Source: Vicugna vicugna
Lineage: Eukaryota
NCBI GenBank assembly: GCA_013265495.1
Contig: MU058009.1
Span: forward strand, 3,801,780-3,865,779
Direction: 5' to 3'
Length of the DNA stretch: 64,000 bases
The notes under the pieces were generated by a model. That model saw only the letters and a list, made by a program, of their open reading frames with translations. It had not been told where the DNA came from and did no database searches. Shown piece after piece: positions 24,831 to 37,773 of this stretch. Position 1 is the first letter of the stretch. Each line of letters starts with the position of its first letter. Position numbers and translations under genes: made by a program.

Positions 24831-26228
24831 CGTCACTATGGCATCCATGCTCTTAGCCGCTTGTGTGCTGCCCACACCAGCTGGACTAGCCCAGGAGAGG
24901 GAGGCCCACAGGGAGGGAGAGGCTGCAGACCACCCTGGACTGGCTCCTTTCTGGCTGTGTAGACCAGCCCAGCTCTGGACCAAGCAGGCACCCTCTGGAC
25001 AGGGCCTTGGAGGAGCCAGCACAGGGACGTGGAAGAGAGCTGGACACAGGCTTAGAGGAAGTTGGGTTTGAAGCCTGAATGAACCTGCCATTGATTCGCT
25101 GTGTGATTCCAGGCAGTTTATTTAATTCCCTGAGCCTCTTCCATCATGACAGAGTCACATGAGGTGTAGCGCTGTTTATAAGCTTCACGGGGGACCCACC
25201 AGAGAAAAGCACCAGGGAAAGGGTGCTGTGACAACACGTGCTCCCCCTCACTGCCGCAGTAGCCCCTCTCAGGCTGGCTCCCCAGATCGCAAAGCCTAGT
25301 TCTTGATTTTTTTTTTTCTGATGAGGTCTAGAATTTTTGCCAAAAGCAAGGAACAGCTCTTGGCAGCTTTCTGAGTCTTCACATCCTTTCAATACAGGCC
25401 TAGTGGAGAGCAAAATTAGCCTGCCAATCACTCAGAAAAGTGTGGGCCCCAGGAAATTAAACCCCCCTCTCTCCAGCTGTCTCCCCCCACGTGCCAGGTA
25501 CCAGATGAATACGCGGGCCACACATTTCCATTCCTGTCCCTCCTCCCTGTATGTTAATTGGATCATTTTAGTAGAAGAAAACAAACCAAGTGGCTGTGAG
25601 ATGTAGTTCATTATCCCCAAAGGCCAGCAGGCTACAGAGCGCGGTCAGCGGGAAGGTGGGTGTGGCCCTCTTACGTCATTCTCTTGGATCAGAGCATCTT
25701 CGTTTTCTAGCAATATTTAAAAGACACCTTTTTACGCTTGACAGCTTCCCTTCACAGCAGACAGAAAGGGGAGAGGTGGACAAAGGGAACAGGGCCACTC
25801 AGCACACACCCTGGGAGCTCAGGCGGCTGACCTGGTTCTCCTGGAGTCCATGTCCTATTTGGCGTCTGTCTGGCTCCCGGGACAGAACCCACGTAGCTGC
25901 TTTCTGCAGACCACACGTGGGTACCCTGCGTGCAGCTGGGGAGCTACTCTCTACATGCTTCCTGTGCCTGCTGGGGGCCTCACACCTCCCCTGCTGTCCC
26001 GCAGGGGACTCAGGGAAGATCTCTGACCACGGGGGACAGCCTTTCTGTAGCTCGTCTCTGGAGTGAGGTGTCTTAATCCTGACATTGGCCTAATTCAGAG
26101 GAAAAGCCTTTTTTGCATCGCAGAGTGAAAAGTATTTTAGATACACAGTGGTTGCACTGATGTGAACAGCCAAGTGTCGCTCCCGTGACAAGTGAGCACA
26201 CGGGGCTTTATCTTCACCACGTGGTCAC

Positions 26229-26565
26229 TGTTGCAGGACTCACCTGTGTCCCCTCCAAAATCCATGTGTTGAAGCCCTAACCCCCAGTGCTTCAGGCTGT
26301 GACTGTGTTTGGAGACAGAGCCTTTAGAGGGGTGATTAAGGTAAACTGAGGTCATACGGGTGGGCCAGCCCCCATGTGACTGGTGTTCTCATAGGAAGAG
26401 GGGATCAGGGCACAGACACATGTAAAGGGAAGACGGGGTAAGGACCCGGAGAGGACGTGGCCCCCTCTAAGCTGCGGGGGGAGGCTCAGAATAAAACCAA
26501 CGCCCAGACACCTCGATCTGAGGCTTCTCACCGCTGGTGTGCACCACACTCTTGTTTGAAGCCGT
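26229..26565 (+). mobile_element. MLT1 (ERVL-MaLR) solo LTR, MLT1A/B-like
   Basis: tgtgtcccctccaaaatccatgtgttgaagccctaacccccag...tttggagacagagcctt...gtgattaaggtaaactgaggtcat...tgtttgaagcc. Confidence 0.9.
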
Positions 26566-26669
26566 TCTGTCTTCCCACTGCCCGCGTCTTGATTGGTTCA
26601 ACTCCAAGTGCACCTTCCCTCCAGGTTCTTAGTATCTAGCTCACTGTGCAAACTGCTTCCGGTGCCTCC

Positions 26670-26830
26670 TGTAGCTCAGGCCTCATAGTAACAAAGGGTG
26701 GCTACTGACATCCCTCTTATGTGGATGAGAACTTGCAGCCCAGAGAGGTTAAGCGTCTGGAGTAAAGACACACAGCACCCACATAAAGAGGCAGGGTTGA
26801 ACTCATGTCTCTTTAACTCCAGAGATGAGG
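26670..26830 (-). mobile_element. MIR fragment
   Basis: ggatgagaacttgcagcccagagaggttaag...acacagc...gggttgaactc. Confidence 0.7.
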
Positions 26831-29139
26831 CTACAGATAATATGTCATATGACACCACAGACCCAGGGTGGAGGACCCTGGGGACACTTTGTGTCATACA
26901 GATGTGGACATACCTCTTAAAGCATTTACGGCCTGGACGGGGTGTTCGAGGGTTCCCAGGTACACATTGTACAGACTGAGAGCTGAGGTTAAAAAACAAA
27001 CCCACACCTGGATTGCATGGTCCAGGTGCCCACATCCCCAGGCTGTGTCCCCTTGCCCACCACGTACAACCCTGGGTGGAGAAAGGGCAGAGCCAGGGTG
27101 GCCACGGCTGTGAGCCGTCCTGGCCTTTCTCCTGTTGAACAGGAGTGAGGTGGGAGGTGTAATGAGGCCAAAGCAAAGACTTGAGACAACGAGCATTTCC
27201 CCCTTTTAATCCCCAATTTCGGGCAAACACGGGGCCCAGGGTGAGTGAGGGAATTAAATTAACGAACACAATTTCTCCCTGTCACTGAACTCTAACTAAT
27301 GAGTCTATTTCTGGGTAATAAGAAGGAGCAGGAAGTGACAAGGCAGTGTAATGAATTAGTGGCCCAGAACCTCGTTAGTCAGAATAATCTTTCCACGAAA
27401 GATGGATGATGCAAACATTAATTATAAAGCCCGGGTGGAAACACATCCCATTATTTGGCTTCCTAGGAAATCCGTCCTGGTCATCATGAGGCGTTTCAAA
27501 CAACAACCCTAATGACAAAGTAAGGGCTCAGGGAGAAATCTAACCCGGGGTGCAGGCTGGCGGTGGGAGTGGCGGGGACCAGCCCTGCTGCCTAACGGGG
27601 CCGATGCTCCAATCTCCTGGAATCTCGGGGTTTCGTCCCGGGACTGATTCCCTGGCCCAGGATCTCCGTGATCCACAGCCCATCTGTCTCTGCAGCTATC
27701 CAGAGCCGTCCACGCTGGGCCATTAGACCCAGGTGAGGCCAGGAGTCCAGTAGGAACTTCTCCCACGTCCAGAGAGAGAGGGCAAGGTCTCGGTTGGTCC
27801 AGCGACTCCAGCGTTCTAAAAAGAGGGTCAGAGGTCAACACCGGGCAGGAAATAGAGGGTAAGGGGTCAGTTCCGGTCGAATCCTGGCTCTCTCTGTGTT
27901 TGGAAAAGTGACCTCGCCTGTTTTGAAAATGAGAGAACTGGTGACAGTGGAGGTGCCTGGTGCAGAAGGCTGCCGGCGAGGACTATGGCGGCGGGCCTCT
28001 GCTCAGCGCTCGGTGGGTGCCATCAGCACAGTTGTGATGGGGCTTTAAGGCTGCAGAGCTGGCAGAAGTGCTGGGCGGGGGGGCGTCCCCTTGGTGCAGG
28101 GATGGGGCGGAGAGACAGGGAGAGGTACCATCAGGCCCTGTCCCCTGGGAGGGGAGTGCCAGGCTCCCGAGGGGCTGTCACCTTAGGCTGTCTGTCGCCT
28201 GGAATTTCAGTAGGAGCCCAGAGGAGGGCAGAGGAGAGGGAGGAGGACTTTACTCGGAACCAAAGTAGAGACTGAGTCAGTAAGAAATGTGGTTGCTGAG
28301 GCCATTACTGCGGAGAGTAAACAAACCGGAATTAAAAACGATAAAAAAGTGCTCGGCAGCATCCTGGTGATGAACTGGTCCGTGACTTCACGCCTTAGCG
28401 GTTCCCGAGCGTCTGCAGATGCTCCTTACTGCTGGGAGGGGTCGGGAAGTCGTCTGCTGAAGGGCCAGGGTCTGGGCCACAGAGGCTGGACGTCTCGGGC
28501 CTCCTTGCGGGGGACAGTGACTGCGGTGGACGCTGCTGGCCGCTTTGTTTCTGAGGCTTTGTCGTTATCTGACTGGCAACTCTTGGTAGTGAAAGAAGAA
28601 AAAAACAATTAATTGGGAATGAATTTTAATTGTCTCCGACTTCTCATTTGTAGGCTATTAGAATGAGTCCCTATTAAGCGATCGCACTGGGTTGCATCAT
28701 TCTCAGAGAATGGAAGCCCCCTCCCCGCCCCGCCAAGGCACTCTCTCTGCACTTCCAGCCTTCGCTCCACCCTCCCCTTTGGGCAGAAACTGGGCTCTTG
28801 GGTTTTCAGCAAAATGAACCAATGGGGAAAAAAATCTTGCTGCCGAGATCTTATATTTTTTTCCTTTTTTTCTTTTCCCTGTTAAAGAGCAAACGCCTGC
28901 CTTTGTGGCCATCCTCTTCCCACACATTTGGGGGCTGCAGGAGGGTGGCCGGGGGGCAGGGCTCCGCTGGGTTTGGGCAGCTTCTCCGTCAGGCCCTCCC
29001 TGTCCAGCTGAATGGGGGTTCCACAGGGGCTGCATTAGGGCCCCAGGAACATCCCGGGCAGAAAGAGGGGAGGGGGCCTGGGAAAGGAGCCCCTGGCCAC
29101 TCTCCCCACCCCACTCACCTCTCCTTGCTCCAGAGTGAG

Positions 29140-29728
29140 CCGTGCTCTGCTGAGGTCACTGGCAGATGAAAGTCATGTGAGTTTAAGGTGCAGAGCGTGC
29201 TGCTCTGCTCTGTGGATACCCGGCGACGTGGTCCCGCAGTCACGCTGACTCACAAACCCATCACCTCACCTGGTCACCGGGTCTTGGGTGATGAGAACGC
29301 TTAAGGTCCACTCTCTTGCCAAGTCTCAAGTGTGGAATGCGGGGCCCTCCCCTGCAGCCCCGCGGCTGGACGTCACCCCCAGGACTCGGCATCTTCACAC
29401 CCGGGGCCTTGTGCCCTTCGGCCAGCCTCTCCCCGTCGCCTCCCCCGTCCTGCTCTCTGCGTCTGTGAGCTCCGCTGTTTAGACCCCAGGTGTGAGAGGA
29501 AGCACCGGCCACTTGTCTTCCTGTGTCTGGCTTATGTCACTTCATGTAACATCCACTGCAGCATCCTCTCAGTCGCCACGATGAGGAAACAACCGAAGGG
29601 TCTGTGGATGGATTCATGGATAAAGAAAACATGGTCCATCCGCCCGCCAGTGGAGCAGTACTCTGCCTTAAGAAAGAAGGGGATCCTGCCATGGGGCGAG
29701 GGGGATGGACCCGCAGGGTCAGCGAGGC
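29140..29728. mobile_element. Old L1 (L1MA-type 3' end) with 5' inversion: minus segment ~29140-29552, plus segment ~29553-29728
   Basis: Minus: tgagaacgcttaaggtccactctcttg...ctgtgtctggcttatgtcactt. Plus: ggaaacaaccgaagggtct...atggataaagaaaacatgg (track peptide RKQPKGLWMDSWIKKTW resembles the ORF2p C-terminus). Confidence 0.8.
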
Positions 29729-32210
29729 CTCCTTGTTCCGATACCGAGCTGGGAGGTGTAGGGATGTTAGGTCCCCGAGCACGAGGGACCTGGCAGTTCG
29801 CTAGATGTTTCTGAATGAGCCCGGGTCCCGCGGTGGGGGGAGTGCAGACTGCAGCCCCTCCCTCCCTGAGGGCTTGTTTGGTGTCGGGGCCAGATGCTGG
29901 CCCCGAGGGCCCAGGAGGCCCCTGGGAGTATGGGTGCCCCGACCCCTCCCCTCTCAGCCGTGGCACCAGCCCCCGCCCCGTGGTCCTCACTGCTCTGTGC
30001 CTCCATCCTCCTTCCTCTGCGCCCCGTCAGCCTTCTTCTCCCCGTCCGCTTCCCCCTGCCCTCTGCACAGAAGGGCCAGGGTTCCTCCTCAGAGGCTCAG
30101 CTCAAGAATTTGCTAAGTGGCGCTTGGCTTCCTGCCCTTCTAGGTGAGCTCTGCACGCAGCAACTTTATGGCTGTCAAGACGGAGCCATCTCTGCCCCCT
30201 GCGACAGAGGTGTCATCATCCTGAGAGGCCGGCCCCATCCCCCCTGCCCCCTGGGGCTTATCTGGCGTCTCCCCTCACCCCACCCACCCCATGGCTGCGC
30301 AATTCGTTCATGGAGGGCGGGCACCTGCCCCCTTCCGTCCCCTCCAGCTCCATCATCTGCACCTTCGTGGGGACTAGTCCGCGGCTCAGGCTGGCTCTTG
30401 CCTTGCCAGCTCTGGGCTTTGTAGAGAAGGCGGTAGCATCAGTGTGAGCTCCGGGTCTGGGGGCGCCGTGGGCGGGGGCCTCGCAGGACCCTCCCCCTCC
30501 CCTGGGGCCCACGCTGGGCTGGGCGCGTCTGCAGCGCTGGCAAGTGACTGGCCGAGGGCCAGAGGTGTCAGAAGTTAAGACCATGCAAGTCTGCAGGTCA
30601 CCAGAGGGTGACAAAGCGCTTGTCAACAGTAGTTGTTCAAAAAGATGACGTCACCCAAACAAATGCTGAGAGCCGCATCCTCTGAGCGCAGTCCAGAGCG
30701 AGGACCGGAAGGGCTGGTTGAGACCGTGCTGTTTCTTGGTTTGAGAGCTGAGGCCCGTTTGAAGGTGAAGTTAAGGTCCGGGGGCCTCCAGAATGGGGTG
30801 CCTTTGACAGCAGCAGCGACCGGGCGGGAGCGAGCCCCCCACCCCTCCCGGCTCAGCGGGGAGCCCAGGCCGGGTCCCGCCTCCTCCCCAGCTACGTCTC
30901 CACCAGGCAGGGACGGCGAGGGGCATCGGTGCACTGCCCATGCGCATCCCGGCGTGTCCCAGCCCACCTCTCTTTCTGAACAAACTGTTTTGGGAGCGGA
31001 CTAGCCTTTCTGACACCCTGGGTCCTGGTGACGGCCTCCCCCGCAGAGGCAGCGGAGCAGTCTGAGCGTCTGGGCGCAGGCAGCCCTCCCTTCTACGGGC
31101 AGCCCCGGGGGCCTTACATCCAGACACTTAAAACCAAGCACGCAGCCCCAGATGCCCTCAGGATGCGGGGGATGTAAGTGAGCCAGCCCGGCCTGGGGTC
31201 GGGGACGCGAGGGCTACAGACGGGAGGGAACGCACCTCTTCTAAAGGCAACACCTGAAGGTGTTCAGACTTGAAACTCTGACACCACTTGGCAGGACACG
31301 CATGGGCCGGGTTTGGGCTGAGCGCCCTGCGGGTTTGCAGCTTGGAGGAAACCGGTACTGGACACGCTGGCCACCCGACAGCCTGTGTCCCCATCCGCAC
31401 CAAGCTCCCTGGGCCTGCGGGTGACATGTCTCTGCTGAGGCTGTCCGACCTTCTCTGCTGACCCGACACCTCCCAGGCGTCCTTCAGGACCCCGTCCAAG
31501 CCCCGCCCCGCCCCGCCCGCCACCTTTGTGCTCACAGCCCCAGGGCGGCCTTGGTGGGCTGGCAGTCTCCCTGTGTGCTTGTCTTTCCCAGCAGATGACC
31601 AGCACTTCCAGGAAAGGGACATGATCTTATTTGGGTTTGAGCTCTTCTGGTACCTCGGAGGAGCTTAATGGAAGTTTATGGAACTGAAATACCCATGGAC
31701 TTGCCCTGACCTCTTTCCAGCCCCCACAGTAAGACTTTGTGACGAACTTTTCCCTTAGAACAGAGATCTTCATGCCTCTGAGGGAGATGCTACTGTGTTA
31801 TTTGAAGCCTAAAAATATCAAAATGGATCTGGACAGATGGGCGGGCTGGGCAGGCTCAGACACGCACTGACAGTCCCGTGGCGAATTGTGAGGGCAGGGC
31901 TGAGGGCAGAAGGTGGCCCCACGGCGGCTGCCCACTGCCGTGCTGCTGGTAGACCGGGGGACACGCGCGCTCAGGGCAGGCGCGGGCTCCTGACTGAGGG
32001 GCCGGGCTCGTGGCGGACCCGCCCAGTCCCTACTGACCTGTTAAGACGCCCGCCCGCCTCAGAGGACACGGGGAGGCTGGGGTGGGTCCTTCTCTGAGCA
32101 GGGACTTGGCAGCCCTGGAAGGAGCAGGTGGCCTTTGGACCAGATGCAAGCCAGGTGTCAGCCAGGCTCCAGGTCGCACTTGGAAGAGCTGCAGGTTGTC
32201 GCCCCGTGGG

Positions 32211-32245
32211 GTGTGCATGTGTGTGTGTGTGTGTGTGTGAGTGTG
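32211..32245. repeat. (TG)n microsatellite
   Basis: Read directly. Confidence 0.9.
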
Positions 32246-32876
32246 AACACACGTGTCCCTTCTTCCTGTTCCCTCACCATCCTGGTCACCAGCTCTGGAC
32301 AAAGCCTCCACTTGAACACGGCACCAGGTGTCGACAAGGTTCAGTGTCTGCCCACTGCCCTCACTTTGTCCTCTGTGGAGGCGGCGCCTCCATCCTTCAC
32401 CAAGAGCAGTGCTGGAGAAACAGCGCTGCAGGGACCGGTGCCCGGGGGTCCCCAGCTGACCCCAGACGACTCCCCTGGCCACATCAGAGCCCTCAGCCTC
32501 TCTGTGCTTCCCCCCGCGGGGCGGGAGAACAGAGGCATTATGCTAGAACAAAATGGAGAACAAGGAGACAGGGATTTCTCGTCTCCAGTCTGGGGGAAAA
32601 GTTGCTTTTTCCCGCCCCGCCCCGCCCCGCCCACCCCCCGGTTCTCAGCGTGTTGGTGTCAGACACTGATGCGCTGAAAGGCAGCGCAGAGAGGAAGGGG
32701 GTGGGGAGGACAGCGTCTCGGGGAGATAATTGACTTCAGAAAAGCAATGTCTGAGATGCAGGAAGAAAACAAGTGAAAATATGTTATTTTACAACCTTGA
32801 TACTCCTGACCTCTTTGAAAATAAATACACTCTGTACAGCGAGCAGGTGAGGGAACGGGGTCCTAGCGCGGGGCGC

Positions 32877-32895
32877 TGGCGCCCTCTCGTGGCCA
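32877..32895 (-). promoter_or_regulatory. Strong CTCF motif
   Basis: Minus strand TGGCCACGAGAGGGCGCCA, 16/19 identical to TGGCCACCAGGGGGCGCTA. Confidence 0.7.
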
Positions 32896-33109
32896 CCAGA
32901 AGTACTGCCTCACCCCACAAGCCGCTTCCCCCACAAGCCGGCGTGCTGCTTGGGCGCTGCCTGGATGAAAACCAGGAAGTGCCCCTAACTGCGAAGGAGA
33001 GCAGTCCCTAAAGCCCTCCCTTCTCCACACAAGGCACTTTGGCCACCCCTGGGCTGGCTGGCGTTGCACAGCAGAGGAGATGGGTAGAGCAGGAACGCGG
33101 CTCCGTCCG

Positions 33110-33240
33110 AGAGCTTGGTTTGGTCTTTGTCTGCGACTTCACAGCTTCACATCCTCTGTGGGTCTGAGTTTCATCACCTGCAAAATGATAAACTCAGAAT
33201 GCACGGTGCCGCCGGTTCCTTGCAGCTGAGAGAGTCCGCC
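33110..33240 (+). mobile_element. MIR/MIR3 fragment
   Basis: cacatcctctgtgggtctgagtttcatcacctgcaaaatg. Confidence 0.55.
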
Positions 33241-34324
33241 AGGTCTCAGCCGCCCTTGAGAAAGGCCGCAGCATCACAGGGCTGGCGAATCACTGACGTC
33301 AGTCCGGCGGGGGACTCTTTGTATGGGCTCGCTTCATTGCATCAGAGCCATTCCGGGCTGGGACTGCCGCCTGCCTCTAGCGCCCGTGAATCCGGTGTCA
33401 GCTCAGGGCAGCAGAACCAGCCTCATTGTTCCCCACCGCTGCCACACGGGCATCGCCTTTGTCACTGCGGAGCCTGACCTCCCCGTCTGTGACTTGAAAC
33501 TGCCCCTGAAACACCGAGAGAGGGACCCTCCCCCGGGGCTGTGGGTTATCCGACCCCTCAGCTCACTCCGGCTCCCAGACGTGCACCCGCAGAAGGCTGG
33601 TGAGCGGGGCGCACCCTGAGCTCTGAACTGCGGAGCGCAGTCAGCGGTGTGCACTCTTGTGTTTTCCCTTTTCATCTGAAATCTTAACACAGTTCACTCA
33701 CTTACTGCCTGAAAGAAAGCTCCCTGGTATGTACCCCCCCAGAAGTCACCATTTTCTGCATTAACCCCTCTGTATCGAGAGTCTGTCTCTCTTTCCGAAT
33801 CTTTAGTGCGTGTGAGCTGAGCACACATCACCCCTCACCCCCCGCCCCAGCTCCTGGTCCCCGGGGCACCTGCAGATACCCCGCCTCACGCAGACCCCAG
33901 CTCTCATACGAGACTAACAGAGTCACTTCTCTTTTCTGCTTAAACCCTTGGGACAGTTCTGTCTGGCAAGACAGCGTTTTCAGGAAGCTGCACTGTTTTA
34001 TTAAGTGTGTAAGACGGCACAGAAGCTCATCTGTTGGCCGCAGCTTGTCTCTGGTTGCCTTGGCTTTATCCCAGTATAACGTGGGTTGTTTTCCCAACAC
34101 ATTTAAAAATTCTTATTACCGACTACGGTGCGGTTTCACTGCTGTTATTACCATAATTAGTCTGTTTCTTACATAACCAAAAACACAGAGTAGACCTTGG
34201 CCAAATCTGCTTCATCCTGACCTGCCTGGAGTGGGGGCCACGTCAGTGTCAGTAGATGGTTAGTGCCTGTCGGGGGCCTGCTGAGGGCCACGGAGTCCTG
34301 CCCTTATTTCTCCCAGTGGCCGTG

Positions 34325-34455
34325 GCAGCCCCGGAGGGAGATGGTCCCGTCTCATTTTCACAGACGAGGACACAGAGGCTCGGGGAGGCAGAGGGCCCTC
34401 CTCAGGTGCTCACGGCCATCAAATCCTGGAGGATACACGGTTCACACCTGGGGCT
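34325..34455 (-). mobile_element. MIR fragment (GC-drifted)
   Basis: cattttcacagacgaggacacagaggctcggggagg. Confidence 0.65.
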
Positions 34456-34659
34456 GTGTGTGCCATGCATTTCTCACCATCACCTCCAGCCACAGTCCCG
34501 CCTCCACCAACTTTCCATCGGGGACCTTGAGTCAGAGCAAAGTCCACCAGCAGTTTGGCTGTAGCTTCACGTGGCCTCTCGGGTGTAGGTGACTCAAGAT
34601 TCAGACAGACAGGGTTTTCAGTCCGACCGCCCTCACAGAGGAACGGCTCAGAGCCCGGC

Positions 34660-35530
34660 CAGGCTCCCCCGAGGGGCCGCCTGGGCCCAGACTCACAGCC
34701 TGCCACTCAGTGCTGGGGCGGGTGCTCCAGCAGAGCGCGCTGGCCCGCCGGTGGGACGCGCAGCAACTTAGCGAGCTGCTGCGCCCCGCCCAGCCTGAGG
34801 ACACCGGCGCGGCCCGATTCTGCAGTAAGAGCCTGGGCTTGGACCCCGGTCTCCCCCTTCTGGGGGATGTGAGCTTTGACAGGGAACTCCAAGGCCCACG
34901 TTGGCTCTAAAATAGACAAAACTGTGGAGAGGAAGCAGATTCTGCGAGCACACCACGGGTTCCACGCGCTCCCGCGTCAGAGCCAGGCGCTTCCCGCGCC
35001 GTCGCGTGAAGCAAAGCCGGGACCAGCAAGCTCGCGTTGTCCGGGAGCCATCGGTCCAGAAGGAACTAAATGTCAAGCTCTGAGGTGTCCGAGGAAGCAG
35101 AGGCTGCTGCGGAGGCTTCCTGGCACCGGGTGTGCACGTGTGTGCACATGCGTGTGCCCGTGTGAGCACGCACGCACCCGCACGGGCACCTGGGAGCTGC
35201 CTGCACGACCCACGGGTTCCGGCCTTCCAGGACTGCGTTCTGGGAGGGGCTGTCGGTGTTTCACTGTCAGAGACAGGAATTTGCTCAAGATGTCTGTCCG
35301 TTGCAGTTTAAAAAAAATTTTTTTTTTAATTTCAAATCTTTGGAAAAGCAACAAGAAAGGCACTGGGAGGGGCTCTCGCCCAGACCGGCCGCCCGTCTGC
35401 GCGGAGCCAGGCCGCCCCTCGCAGAACCGCGGTGCGGCGACCGCGGCCGGGGAGCCTGACCCAGGAGGCGGCCGCCGGCTGCTCTCCCCGCAAGCACGGC
35501 CTGCGCTCAAGGGCACGCGGCGTCCAGTCC
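34660..35530. promoter_or_regulatory. CpG-dense segment
   Basis: Many CpGs (gcgcttcccgcgccgtcgcgtg; ccgcggtgcggcgaccgcggccgg); not computed. Confidence 0.4.
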
Positions 35531-35604
35531 CTCCCAGTTGCTTCTGACAGCTTCTGGGGCAGTTAGCTTCCCCTAATAAGGTGGTAGAAAGTATGAAAAT
35601 GTAC

Positions 35605-35760
35605 AGCGTCAGTATCGCCTGAAACTTCTCAGAAATGCAAAACCTGGGCCCCAGCACAAGGGCATTGACCTGCCCACCCTAGGGTGGAGCCCAGAAATCT
35701 GAGAAATCTGTGACCAGCCCCCCGTCATCCTGACACAGGCGAGCCCACGAGGACCACCGG
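35605..35760. mobile_element. MER5A-like relic
   Basis: cagtatcgcctgaaacttctcagaaatgcaaaacctgggcccc...gggtggagcccagaaatctg. Confidence 0.7.
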
Positions 35761-36196
35761 GTGACAGCACAGGAGGAGCGTGGGACGTGGGGGTTGAGAT
35801 GGAAAGCCTGGCCCTGGCTCCTGACCGCCTCCTGCCTTGTAACAAAGTCATCGAAAGGTGAATCTACGGGTTTAGGGTTCTGCGGGAGAGGCGGCTTGAG
35901 AAGAGCCTGAATTTCACAGCCGTCTTCAGCGGCAGGTTTTATCGGCTTTGGTAAATCCCCAGACGGGAAGGACGGCTCTCTGGTGACGGTGTGATGTGAA
36001 CCCAGATGAAGACGTTCCAGGAGGCTCTGATCTCACACTTCTCAGGGTTCACGCCGCTGCCCCGACTGTGGCATCACCAGGCCTTCCCTCTCCGGTAGTG
36101 TCTGCTCCCAAAACTGGCACTTGGGATTTCACTGGCAGGAACAGAGAAGATACCAGATTGGGCTGTTGGAGGGAAGTGAGGATATGAATGACATGA

Positions 36197-36470
36197 ATGC
36201 TTGTGTGTATTTGTATGTGTGTGTCTGTGTATGTGCATACGTGCGTGCACACATGTGTGTGGGTCTGTGTATGTGTGTGCACGTGTGCATGTGGGTCCAC
36301 ATGTGCATGTAGTTTTGTGTGTGTGTGTCTGCATGTGTACACCTGTGGGTCTGCATGTGTGTGTACACGTGTGTGCGTGTGGGTCTGTGTGTGCATATGT
36401 GTACACATGTGTGTGCACCTGTGTATTGTGTGCATAGGTGTGTGTGTGCATGTATCTGCACGTGTGTGTG
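36197..36470. repeat. Degenerate (TG/CA/TA)n repeat with recurring gtgggtctg units
   Basis: Read directly; explains the Cys/Val and His/Thr-rich ORFs. Confidence 0.95.
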
Positions 36471-37080
36471 TTCCCCCCTTGGACGCTTTCCCTGGAGGAT
36501 GGAGGTAGATGAAGGCAGAGCTGAGCCTGCCCTCCAGATCTCAGGCCACATCTCCGGGGAGAGCACCTCCGGGGTGCAGACCCCAGGGCTGCAGGCAGCC
36601 CTCCAGGCCCCCCTTCCCTGGCCGCAGCGTCTGCACCATGGCTGAGACACCTCACACCCAGGCCGTGGGGGACACTGGGCTGCATTCTGATTCCATGCAC
36701 AGGTTTCTGATGTCAAGTCCTTCCATCCGCTGCTAAGAGACAGAGGCATCCCCGTTGGCGGGCCCGACTTCCGGGGCCCGACTTCCGGGCAGCCCCACCT
36801 GGAGGGCGGGGTGATGCCTGTGTCATAGGTTGTGTAAGGACGAATCTAAGAGCCTGTGGGTGTAAAATTGCCACTGCTGTAGTTCTGGGCACTGCGAGCC
36901 CTGCCTCTGGGGACATTCTGCAGGCTCCACGCAGGACAGGCTCCCCGGGTCCTTCCCTCGTGCGCTCTCACTTTCTTAACCCGCGGAGGCCGGGCGTGCA
37001 GGGAGCTCAGACGCGCTGCGGTCCCCTCTCCCCGTCTCAGCCCCTCCCTGGACCCCGGGCTGTTTGCAAAGTGAGAACAC

Positions 37081-37099
37081 GGCCTCCCCCTGGTGGCGA
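37081..37099 (-). promoter_or_regulatory. CTCF motif
   Basis: Minus strand TCGCCACCAGGGGGAGGCC. Confidence 0.55.
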
Positions 37100-37498
37100 C
37101 CGCGGATACTGCAGGCCCTTAGCACTGCCGGCTCGCCCGGCGCGACCACCACTCACTCACTCTCCAAGGACCCACGCAAGACGCAAGGGACGGCTCCTGC
37201 CTCCTCACTCCACTCCGGGTGTGTCTCGGCCCCAGTCTGCTGAGTATCTACAGGTGAAGGGTGCCCCAGTTCATCCAGGCTCTGCCAGCTGTGTGTGACG
37301 CCGGCTCCCTCCACATCAGGAGCGGCCCCTCTGGCTCTGCCCGCACCTCCTCTAGGGACTCCCAGCAGCCACACGCCCTGTGCTTGCTGCTCACGGGCAT
37401 TTTACCTGCCAGGCTGCCCGGTGACACAGGACAGGAGGTAAGAGGCACATGGGTGTCCTAGAAGGACGCCAGCTTCCCCTCCTCCCTTCCCTCTCTCA

Positions 37499-37577
37499 CC
37501 CGCACACGTGGACACGGACCCACAGACACGGGCACACGGACACGGACGCACACACACACAGACACAGACACACACAC
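37499..37577. repeat. CA-rich simple repeat
   Basis: gacacggacccacagacacgggcacacggacacggacgcacacacacacagacacagacacacacac. Confidence 0.8.
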
Positions 37578-37754
37578 TGGTGGTTCCCAGGCTGACTTCC
37601 GCCCCAGATCGCCCAACTGTGGGGTCATGCTGTCGTCAGGAAGGGCCTCCCTGGGAGGGTGAGGAGCTTAGGGGGTCCCTGACCAGGACAGGCCGCAGTG
37701 AGAGGAGGTCCTTGTGAATAAGCCGCTTGCGGCAGCTCAGGGCTCTGACTGCAG

Positions 37755-37773
37755 CTCTGCCACCTGCTGGCGT
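37755..37773 (-). promoter_or_regulatory. CTCF motif
   Basis: Minus strand ACGCCAGCAGGTGGCAGAG. Confidence 0.55.

Noticed and set aside
36049..36749. His/Thr- and Cys/Val-rich ORFs
   Set aside because: Translations of a degenerate TG/CA repeat.
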